Positions 40,109 through 47,501 of a stretch of DNA of 64,000 nucleotides are shown piece by piece. Numbering within the stretch: position 1 is the stretch's first letter; each line of letters begins with the position of its first letter. This DNA comes from Calditrichia bacterium. GTDB taxonomy: Bacteria; Calditrichota; Calditrichia; RBG-13-44-9; J075. The stretch covers positions 56,176-120,175 of the forward strand of contig JBOEGD010000020.1 in assembly GCA_050633245.1 (NCBI GenBank). Direction: 5' to 3'. A model generated the notes under the pieces. It worked only from the letters and a program-made list of their open reading frames with translations. It searched no databases and was not told where the DNA came from. The position numbers and the translations under genes are program-made.

Positions 40109-40410
40109 TTTCTCACTTCACGAAGAAGTAATGCAATTATCACGATATCTATTCCAATAATAATGATGTTTGCCAACAGCGGTGCCGGTGAGTTGTTGAT
40201 GTTGACAGTCGCTCCTATGGCGCCGATTAGTGGAAAGAGCACTGCCGGATAAAGAACTCGTTTGTCCGACTTCAATAAATAGATTCCCAGAATAAGATAA
40301 ATGCCGCCAAATGTAATAATGGGAATTGTCGTTGCGTTAATCCCGCCATATATGATGGAGGCAAAGTGAAATACAGCGGAAAACACGAGTAGCTTACCGG
40401 CAAAACTCAT
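40084..40410 (-). CDS. small 4-TM hypothetical membrane protein
   Basis: Four hydrophobic segments; 25-bp convergent overlap with the MFS gene. Confidence 0.6.
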   Translation of the reverse strand: MSFAGKLLVFSAVFHFASIIYGGINATTIPIITFGGIYLILGIYLLKSDKRVLYPAVLFPLIGAIGATVNINNSPAPLLANIIIIGIDIVIIALLLREVRNYRANPER

Positions 40411-40427
40411 ACTGGAAAAGTCCCTGT

Positions 40428-41324
40428 TTAGCCATTCCCTTTAATATAATAACGTCCATTGGAAATGATCGCATCTCCGCGAACTTCTATTTCATATACC
40501 TGCTGTCCATGCCGACTTTTTACGATGAGCGAGCTGCCAATAATTCGATAGGTGCCTTGGAGCTTATTATCTGAAAAACCGGATGCGCCCCGTGAAGTGC
40601 CGCTATTTGTTACCCGGCCATTTGCAGAGGCATGGGCAGATGAGCTCCAGCGATAATTCCCACGTCCATCAAACCATACGGTTTCCTGATAGGAGCGGGC
40701 GGTATACCCGCTTCCGGCAATACTCGATGTGGAGCTGCCGTCATAATAAGTCCAGCTTCCGGCTACCGCCGCCATTAGTTGCTTGTTGTCTTGAGGCGCG
40801 GACATTTTTACAGAAGCGAGAATCTTATCGGCTAACGAAATCGTTTTGCTGAAGCGTGCATTTGCGGCCATTGCAAATACGCCGACAGCCGTTCCTTTCC
40901 CGCTGAGCATGCTTGATGAGCGCGCTTTATAAGGTCGGAAAAATTTATCGGATGCGCTATAGTTTGCAATAAAAGCCTGTTTGCCGTGCAGACGAGCCGT
41001 TTTCGGTTGTCCACTGGCGTTGCCGCGAAGCCCATAGGTTTTAAATATGCCCGGGACCAGCTGATCAATGGCAGAACGGATTTCCGCGGTGGATTCATAT
41101 AAGCCAACTCCGACGATTATGATCGCCTCGTTACTGCCATCGGAATACGCATGTACATTGCCTGCTTTGTGGATTAACTGCCAGCCGGCCGGGGCGCTGT
41201 AAGTGGCATTCCAGTCTGCAAAAACGGTTTGTGCTGATGTTGTAGATAATAGAAAAATGTTTGCAAACAGGCATAGGAAAATTATGCCTGGAAGTGTACG
41301 CGTATTAAAAATAGTATGTTTCAT
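40428..41324 (-). CDS. secreted hypothetical protein
   Basis: Signal peptide; lipocalin-like 'GSWTY' C-terminal part. Confidence 0.7.
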   Translation of the reverse strand: MKHTIFNTRTLPGIIFLCLFANIFLLSTTSAQTVFADWNATYSAPAGWQLIHKAGNVHAYSDGSNEAIIIVGVGLYESTAEIRSAIDQLVPGIFKTYGLRGNASGQPKTARLHGKQAFIANYSASDKFFRPYKARSSSMLSGKGTAVGVFAMAANARFSKTISLADKILASVKMSAPQDNKQLMAAVAGSWTYYDGSSTSSIAGSGYTARSYQETVWFDGRGNYRWSSSAHASANGRVTNSGTSRGASGFSDNKLQGTYRIIGSSLIVKSRHGQQVYEIEVRGDAIISNGRYYIKGNG

Positions 41325-41393
41325 GGGGCCCCCTTTAGTGATCGTATTTTGCTTTGAAATGATTCAATCGCTTTCAAAATAAACTACAAAAAC

Positions 41394-41430
41394 AACATGG
41401 AGGCAGCGTGTGACTCGTTACCTCCATGTT
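41394..41430 (-). terminator. intrinsic terminator hairpin
   Basis: aacatggagg...cctccatgtt followed by a T tract on the minus strand. Confidence 0.65.
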
Positions 41431-41448
41431 TGTGGGGGTTGCAGGGGA

Positions 41449-43290
41449 TTACTTCAATAAGGTCATGCGTTTTGTTGCTTCCTGAGTGCCGTTGCGCAGC
41501 TGATAAAAATAGGTACCGCTGGCTACCGGTTCGCCGCTTTGGTGCGTTCCGTTCCAGCGCAGTGAATAACTGCCGGCCTCTAACCAGCCGTCTGCAAGGG
41601 TGCGAACATGATGTCCGGAGACGTCAAAAATGCTCAACTGAACGCTTGCAGCTTCTAATAGGGAAAAGCGTATGGTGGTTTGTGGATTGAATGGATTTGG
41701 AAAATTCTCCTGCAGAACGAAAGTAGTTGGCTGTTCGGCATCAGGAGATTCTATACCAGTTACTCCAGATAAATATTCCTGTACGGCAAGGTATTTGGGC
41801 GCATTCTGCCAATTGCTTTCCAGATATTCCAGAATGCCCCAGCTACCCCATTTGCTATAACTTCCGCAGGATGAGAACATTGCGATTAGCCCGCCACCGG
41901 CATTATTCCAAGCATTCAGGTACTGTATGTAAATATCTTTCATGCCCGGATGCTTATTTGCAGACTTGAACAGTTCTTCAATATCTGTATTGTTTTCGAC
42001 ACCTCCTGTACCGACCAGATGCTGTCCGGCTTCATAAGCAATTAATTCCAGATTGCGTGAGGATGCTTCACCGAAGTTGGCAAGCATACGATTGTACTGC
42101 GAAGAAACATCTACGGCGCAGGAATCCAACAGCTGTTCGACGCTCCACTGTTCAACTTCAGACTCGCGAGCTGAGGATCCGAACTGGTTGCCAAAGTAGG
42201 GGGCAATTGCCAGCATATCGGCCTGAGACGCAGCGTTATTCCAGTCCAAAATTGTAGAGGCTGTCCATGGATTTGCGCTCTGCGATGCCAGAACCCGCTG
42301 AAAACTTCCCTCGCCATAAATGGTAGTCCAGATCGAAAAGATCTCAATGGTTCTCTGAGAATAGTAGCGTAACTGTGCTTCGAACGGGCTTGTACTCAGA
42401 CCTTCCAGTAGGCCCTTTTGCCGGGCATATTGCGCTTGGGAAAACTGTCCATTCCAGACCTCATTTGAGTATTCAACGTAAGGCTTCAGATTTGTCTTGA
42501 GGTTATTCTTGACCATGGTTGCGAATTGCTGAACAAAATTGTCGTCTGCCTGATGAGGCATGCAAAACCAGGGATCGATTTCGAGGCGATTTGCCAGTTC
42601 AATCATTATCTCGAGTGAAACACCATGCTCTCCGGCAAATGTAAAGTAGTCTGGTGTTGTGCGCTCTGTCCAAGAGATGAGTGGAGAATTATTGGTCTCC
42701 ATCCAATCCATGAAGCGAATCGATTTATAGCCGGCAAACATGTCCAGAAATGGTGGATAAAACGGATCGCTTTGATAGCTGCCTTCGAATCCCGGCATTA
42801 TCACCCGGATATTGCGTAGTGGATTTGCCGGGTTGGTAGCAATTAGCTTAAGATAAATTCCGCCATTTCCCGGGGTAACGTTTAATACAATGCGTCCGGG
42901 AGCGCTATTGACTTCTGCTGCATCAAAACCAAACTGCAAAGTGCCTTCGCCATCGTATAAGCAAATATATTCGCCTGCCGGATAGTTACCGTTCAAGCCA
43001 CGGCAGAGCAGTGTTGCAGCGGCTTTTCCTGAATCGAGTTGGGCTATCCAGCCATCGGGAGTAGATTGAAGCTTATCACCGGTGTTCCAGTTGCCGCCGC
43101 TAACGTTCTGTGGTATCCAATTTCGAGCGCTTTTGAATACGTCTACAAAAGGGAGCTGGCTGGACCAGTCTTTAACTCCACTAATATTCATTCCAATTGG
43201 GGCTTGCTGTAGTTGGGCATTTGCTTGTGACGAAAGTCCGATGGTAATGAGAAACAAACAGTAAATAAGTAGTTTTTTTGAAAATAACAT
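41449..43290 (-). CDS. secreted putative glycoside hydrolase (clan GH-A-like) with a FlgD/sorting-type C-terminal domain
   Basis: Signal peptide; 'IRFMDW', 'YVEYSNEVWN', 'IAYEAGQH'; C-terminal 'QENFPNPFNPQT...ASGTYFYQL'. Confidence 0.7.
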   Translation of the reverse strand: MLFSKKLLIYCLFLITIGLSSQANAQLQQAPIGMNISGVKDWSSQLPFVDVFKSARNWIPQNVSGGNWNTGDKLQSTPDGWIAQLDSGKAAATLLCRGLNGNYPAGEYICLYDGEGTLQFGFDAAEVNSAPGRIVLNVTPGNGGIYLKLIATNPANPLRNIRVIMPGFEGSYQSDPFYPPFLDMFAGYKSIRFMDWMETNNSPLISWTERTTPDYFTFAGEHGVSLEIMIELANRLEIDPWFCMPHQADDNFVQQFATMVKNNLKTNLKPYVEYSNEVWNGQFSQAQYARQKGLLEGLSTSPFEAQLRYYSQRTIEIFSIWTTIYGEGSFQRVLASQSANPWTASTILDWNNAASQADMLAIAPYFGNQFGSSARESEVEQWSVEQLLDSCAVDVSSQYNRMLANFGEASSRNLELIAYEAGQHLVGTGGVENNTDIEELFKSANKHPGMKDIYIQYLNAWNNAGGGLIAMFSSCGSYSKWGSWGILEYLESNWQNAPKYLAVQEYLSGVTGIESPDAEQPTTFVLQENFPNPFNPQTTIRFSLLEAASVQLSIFDVSGHHVRTLADGWLEAGSYSLRWNGTHQSGEPVASGTYFYQLRNGTQEATKRMTLLK

Positions 43291-43348
43291 GACCGTCTCC
43301 GTAAGAGCGAAATCGAGGGCAGTTGTTCAGTGAATTTCGATTTACTTT

Positions 43349-43365
43349 TACAAAAAAGGTGCCAG
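43349..43365 (-). promoter_or_regulatory. sigma54-like -24/-12 motif
   Basis: CTGGCACCTTTTTTGTA about 60 bp upstream of ATG 43290. Confidence 0.45.
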
Positions 43366-43548
43366 TTCCTGAATCGCGAGTAAATGCAGAAATATTCATT
43401 TTTGGTGAATGAGTATGCGCAGAATGTATACAGGGGCAGACCACTTTGCTGTCAGAAGGCAGAAGGCAGAAAAAATACACTGTTTTCAAAAAAGAGCCTT
43501 TTTTAGAGAATAAGAATTTAAAGAATGTGAAAGGAGGCTCGTGTAAAA

Positions 43549-43911
43549 CATAATTACCACAACCTCGCGATTTGGAGTCGCTCAAGAAAACTCGTAACCT
43601 AAATATACCAGCTAACATCTGCGTTCGCCAAGAATGAGATATATGGATGAGGTAACCAGCTAGAGCGGACATCCGTTTCCATTCCCTCAAATATTGCAGA
43701 AGGATGTGGAAAGAGAGGTGTAAAAGAACTTACGCAGTTTTTAGGAGTTGCGGTTGGTTTAACGTGTGAGGTTGAGACCCAGTTACTTATTGCGAGTGAC
43801 TTAAAATTTTTTAATTCATATCAAATAGAACCACTGGTAAAAGAGCTTAGTGAAATCCGCAGAATGACTATTCGTTTTGCCAGACGAGTTGGTGAGGTAG
43901 AGAGTCTTTAA
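43549..43911 (+). pseudogene. four-helix-bundle protein (23S rRNA IVP / bAvd-like, TIGR02436-type) pseudogene
   Basis: Frame reads HNYHNLAIWSRSRKLVT*IYQLTSAFAKNEIYG*GNQLERTSVSIPSNIAEGCGKRG..EL.QFL..A.G...EVETQL; stops at 43600 and 43648; no in-frame start after SD ggagg. Confidence 0.88.
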
Positions 43912-43958
43912 CAAATTATTATCTGACTTCTGACATCGAAGTGGTCTGGCTCCTGACA

Positions 43959-43976
43959 ATCCCGATTTGTCGGGAT
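43959..43976. repeat. short palindrome ATCCCGAtttgTCGGGAT
   Basis: Direct reading; adjacent to the right heptamer arm of the pseudogene. Confidence 0.55.
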
Positions 43977-43992
43977 GATCGGTTTTCTGCTC

Positions 43993-45000
43993 TTAAAACG
44001 TTACGCTGTAATTAATCCCAAGATATTCAATGTTGGTTGTGCGGAATTGACCGTGAGGATTCACGCCACGATAGTAATTTATATACCACTTTACAGTGCG
44101 ACCGGCGTTGAAGTAATCGCCGTAAAAGATGCCGAATAGCAGGTTTATGTTGGTGCTGCTGTTTGGGTTTGTCAGGCTATAGCGATCGCGTAGAAAGGCA
44201 TCACCTGCAACAACAAAATATTGTGGCGCCAAAAAATAACGCTGTTTTGCCCAGCCCTTCCAAAAGAGTTCTACACCGCTCTGTAATTCCGGTCCTGAGT
44301 TTGTTTTTAGTGCGTCGGCTCTTCCGCGCTTAGAAAAATCTTCATATAAGTTTTCGCCCAGTAAAAATCGCGTGCCACTGTAGGCTCTCCAGTAGCAAAA
44401 TTGCCAGCGGTTAAGCGCGTCCGGAGAAAAGTCATCGATTGCGGCAAACAGTTCCAGGGCTTCGTAGCTGACATTGTATCGGCGAAAGCTTTGCTGCTGG
44501 CTTGCTGCCAAAACAAACTCGTCCCCAACATGGCTACTCTCGTGAAAAAGCTGGAGACGCAGGGCAAGGCGATTACCCAACAAAGGTAACCTGGTGGCTA
44601 TGCCGCCACCCAATCGAAAATCTGTATTTATGACATCCGATGAAGCGGTATCAAAATCCAGTAGCAAATGAGCAGAACCAGAAAGGAAAAAGTTTAAACC
44701 GGTGCGCTGCATACTGTTTTTATTAGCTGCTGCTGTGAAGGAAAATCCGGCAAAGGGAAAGTAGCCGCCATAAGCAACGTCCCAAAAGGTATGCGCGCCT
44801 GATTTGGTTGAGTTTGAGAAGCGAACAGCATCGTCGCGGTAAAGACGCATATGGCCTTCAGGAAGACGGATGTCGGCCAACATGGGTTTAAAATATTGCT
44901 CATCCTTTAAAACATAAAACGAGCTCTCCTGTGTACGGGCTGTAGTAGTACAGCAGAAAAGGAAAAGAATAAGTATAAGGCAGATTTTTTTACTGTGCAC
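43993..45000 (-). CDS. DUF1207-like outer-membrane beta-barrel protein
   Basis: Signal peptide; 'FKPMLAD', 'INTDF', 'HESSHVGDEF', 'G.NPHGQF'; terminal Phe. Confidence 0.7.
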   Translation of the reverse strand: MHSKKICLILILFLFCCTTTARTQESSFYVLKDEQYFKPMLADIRLPEGHMRLYRDDAVRFSNSTKSGAHTFWDVAYGGYFPFAGFSFTAAANKNSMQRTGLNFFLSGSAHLLLDFDTASSDVINTDFRLGGGIATRLPLLGNRLALRLQLFHESSHVGDEFVLAASQQQSFRRYNVSYEALELFAAIDDFSPDALNRWQFCYWRAYSGTRFLLGENLYEDFSKRGRADALKTNSGPELQSGVELFWKGWAKQRYFLAPQYFVVAGDAFLRDRYSLTNPNSSTNINLLFGIFYGDYFNAGRTVKWYINYYRGVNPHGQFRTTNIEYLGINYSVTF

Positions 45001-45105
45001 CGGCTGCTCCTATAGCGTGTACATACTTTTCATACTATCGTATTTTGCTGAAAATGTATAGAGAAAAGTAAATGTAAAGCTAAAAATACCGGTAGGATGC
45101 GGGGA

Positions 45106-45133
45106 GTAGCAACGCGCCTTCGCGCGTTGCTAC
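45106..45133. repeat. GTAG-type REP palindrome
   Basis: gtagcaacgcgc-cttc-gcgcgttgctac. Confidence 0.8.
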
Positions 45134-45164
45134 AGTGCTCGGTTGCGGGGGAGGACTGATGATT

Positions 45165-45617
45165 TTATTGCTTTGTCCAATTCTCTCGCGTCCAGAAATT
45201 GGTACCGCCGGATGAAATAGAGCTGGTGAATGTAAAATTACTGCCGTTCTCGCTGATGTTCCAGCGAGACTCGGTTTCCATACCCTTATCCAAAATGAGG
45301 GTCTCATCGGCAATTTCCCAGGTGCCGTCACGTGAGTAGCGAGCTTCCGGGCCATAGTCAAAGGTGGTTGTGAGCGTACCGTCATCGCGAAAATTTCGGT
45401 CTCGGTTGTTGTTCTCTCCGCTCATTTCAGTGCCCTGAGGCTCACCATTGGGATCACCGGTGCCGGTTTCGGTACTATTCCAAACCATGTTCCCGATAAC
45501 AGAAAACTGAAGGTCTGAGCCTAAGGTATCACTGCTGCAGCCCGAGCTGCTGATAAGTTGGAAAACGATAAAAGCGAGGGCGATTATCCGAGTAGTGGCT
45601 TTTAATGTGTTCAACAT
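45165..45617 (-). CDS. lipoprotein, lipocalin-like
   Basis: Lipobox 'SSGC'; 'F..DGT', 'GTWEI'; SD aaggag. Confidence 0.7.
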   Translation of the reverse strand: MLNTLKATTRIIALAFIVFQLISSSGCSSDTLGSDLQFSVIGNMVWNSTETGTGDPNGEPQGTEMSGENNNRDRNFRDDGTLTTTFDYGPEARYSRDGTWEIADETLILDKGMETESRWNISENGSNFTFTSSISSGGTNFWTRENWTKQ

Positions 45618-45660
45618 AGAATTCTCCTTGTATTGATGTGAAAATGTCGATAGCTGTTTT

Positions 45661-46629
45661 TTACCATTGAAATAGAAAAAGCTTATTTCCGGTATTGTCA
45701 ATGCGTATAGCTGGTGCCGGAAAATGAAGCGTATTCGCGGCGCTCAGAAGTGTGTTAAGCAAAGCATGATCCGTGTTTATCGCTTCCAGGTTATAATCAA
45801 ACCCGATATATAGTTCACGAATTTTGATAGCGTCGTTGGCTTGCGGAAGATCTCTGGCGCCATAGCCAACGGCGAGATTCAGCCAGTCCGGCCAATACGG
45901 CTTTGCAGCTTGTGGCAGCATCCAATTGACATCGGCGCTTAGCCAATAGGTCATGCCGTCATAATCTCCAGATGGATAGGTGTAGGGCGAGTAGTTGATA
46001 AACCCCGGCTGCGAATTATCAGTCGCGTTGTAGTAGCGTGATGGCCAGTAGCCAAGCTTGAAGTTAAAATGTTCAAAAACAGGCACTATGTCCTGAAGAA
46101 TCGGATACGCTGCACCAAGTACGTTTGCCACGTAGTCCGGAACGCTAAAGCCCCAATCTTCAAATCCGGCATCGGTTAGTTCAAACGAGGTAAACAGTAC
46201 CGTGCTATTTATCGCGCCAATCCAAAGTGCTTTTCGTTTTGATACGCCTGCATACTCAAAGCTGGCGGCAACAGCTTCTGTCGTTAGAATATTGCTGTAG
46301 AAGTGGCCAAATTTGTCAACCTCCAGCCAGGTATTGTTCCACCAGTCATACTTTACGCGAAATCCGCTTTTCTCACCAGACCACCATGGTTTGATATGCA
46401 CGACGTATGTTCCAATCATCCATGCGCCGGTGAATCCGGAAACCAAATATAAGCGCTGTTTGTCGATCTTGGATGAGTGCGCGAGACGACCGGAATTAAA
46501 ATCCAATTTGTGGTTAGGCAAAAGGAGTGGTGTTGCAGAAGAATCTGCAGGAAACGACTTTTCGCGAGCAGTTGACGGAATAGCCAACAGGAATACGAAG
46601 CTTAATGTTAGCAGACGAAAGTAGAGCAT
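45661..46629 (-). CDS. DUF2279 / YfiM family protein
   Basis: 'VDKFGH', 'E..D.....WGFS..D..AN..G', 'DYDGMTYWLS', 'WLNLAVGYG', 'FPAPA'. Confidence 0.85.
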   Translation of the reverse strand: MLYFRLLTLSFVFLLAIPSTAREKSFPADSSATPLLLPNHKLDFNSGRLAHSSKIDKQRLYLVSGFTGAWMIGTYVVHIKPWWSGEKSGFRVKYDWWNNTWLEVDKFGHFYSNILTTEAVAASFEYAGVSKRKALWIGAINSTVLFTSFELTDAGFEDWGFSVPDYVANVLGAAYPILQDIVPVFEHFNFKLGYWPSRYYNATDNSQPGFINYSPYTYPSGDYDGMTYWLSADVNWMLPQAAKPYWPDWLNLAVGYGARDLPQANDAIKIRELYIGFDYNLEAINTDHALLNTLLSAANTLHFPAPAIRIDNTGNKLFLFQW

Positions 46630-46773
46630 CTTTCTCCCTTGGGAATCCGGTTAAGCAGAGGCAGCCATGCTAGCATGACTGCCCTTGCATGCCTTTTCCT
46701 TCCTTGCACTCCCCAGTGCAATGGTCTGCATAAAGCATACTAATAAGATAACGCGGGAAGTGTGTCTGCGATA

Positions 46774-46812
46774 CTGCATGAATATGGGGGTAAGACCTAC
46801 ATATTAAGGGGG
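46774..46812. promoter_or_regulatory. two degenerate CTACAT-N4-ATGTAG boxes (candidate response-regulator sites)
   Basis: ctgcat-gaat-atgggg (46774) and ctacat-atta-aggggg (46797). Confidence 0.5.
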
Positions 46813-46814
46813 GA

Positions 46815-47444
46815 TTAGATCTCGCCACGTAGCGATTTGGTAATTACTTCTGCCTTGGAATGCACGTGAAGCTTCTGATAGATGTTTTTGATGTGAAATC
46901 GAACGGTCTCGACGGAGATATTCATTCGGGCAGCGATCATCTTATAGCTGAGGCCATCGACCAGTCCCACTACAATTTCCTGCTCTTTTGGCGTAAGGCG
47001 CGTTTTTCTAAGCTTTTTCTTCTGGGGGTTGAAATGGTCGATCACCTTACGAGCAATATGTGGAGACATGGGGGCTCCACCGGCAAGAAGCGATTCAATC
47101 CCGGATTTGATTTCCGGTAGCGGAGTGTTTTTTAGCAGATAGCCCGAGGCGCCGGCAACAAGGGAGTTGAATATTTTTTGCGAATCATGATAAACGGTTA
47201 ACATAACAATATCCACCTCAGGATATTGTTTTTTAATGATGCGAATTCCTTCGATTCCGGACATGCCTGGCAAACCAATGTCCATTAGAATGACGTCAGG
47301 AAGCGTATTCTCTTTCAGAAATTCGAGGATGCTTTCCACAGACTCAACGCCTGTTTTACAGTGAAACTTTTCTGAGGAGTCCAGATAGCGTTGAATAACC
47401 TGGCGTATTTCCTGATCGTCTTCTACGATGGCAACTGTTATCAT
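46815..47444 (-). CDS. NarL/LuxR family response regulator
   Basis: 'IVEDD', 'MDIGLPGMSG', 'GASGYLLK', LuxR HTH 'LTPKE..I...L..GLSYK.IA'. Confidence 0.95.
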   Translation of the reverse strand: MITVAIVEDDQEIRQVIQRYLDSSEKFHCKTGVESVESILEFLKENTLPDVILMDIGLPGMSGIEGIRIIKKQYPEVDIVMLTVYHDSQKIFNSLVAGASGYLLKNTPLPEIKSGIESLLAGGAPMSPHIARKVIDHFNPQKKKLRKTRLTPKEQEIVVGLVDGLSYKMIAARMNISVETVRFHIKNIYQKLHVHSKAEVITKSLRGEI

Positions 47445-47481
47445 AATGTTCCAATATAGGTTTAAAATGCTTGTTCACATA

Positions 47482-47497
47482 CTACATGATGATGTAG
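47482..47497. promoter_or_regulatory. perfect palindrome CTACAT-N4-ATGTAG upstream of the NarL gene
   Basis: ctacatgatgatgtag in the kinase-regulator spacer. Confidence 0.55.
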
Positions 47498-47501
47498 GTT
47501 T

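Noticed and set aside
43181-43690. 169-aa minus-strand ORF
   Set aside because: It is antisense to the pseudogene, crosses a promoter region and overlaps the next gene out of frame; no recognisable motifs.
43549-43911. Diversity-generating retroelement or 23S rRNA intervening sequence
   Set aside because: No reverse transcriptase, TR/VR pair or rRNA sequence lies nearby; only the Avd/IVP-like pseudogene is present.
43549-43911. Stop-codon recoding of the four-helix-bundle gene
   Set aside because: Two different stops (TAA and TGA) and a lost start indicate decay, and other genes use all three stops normally.
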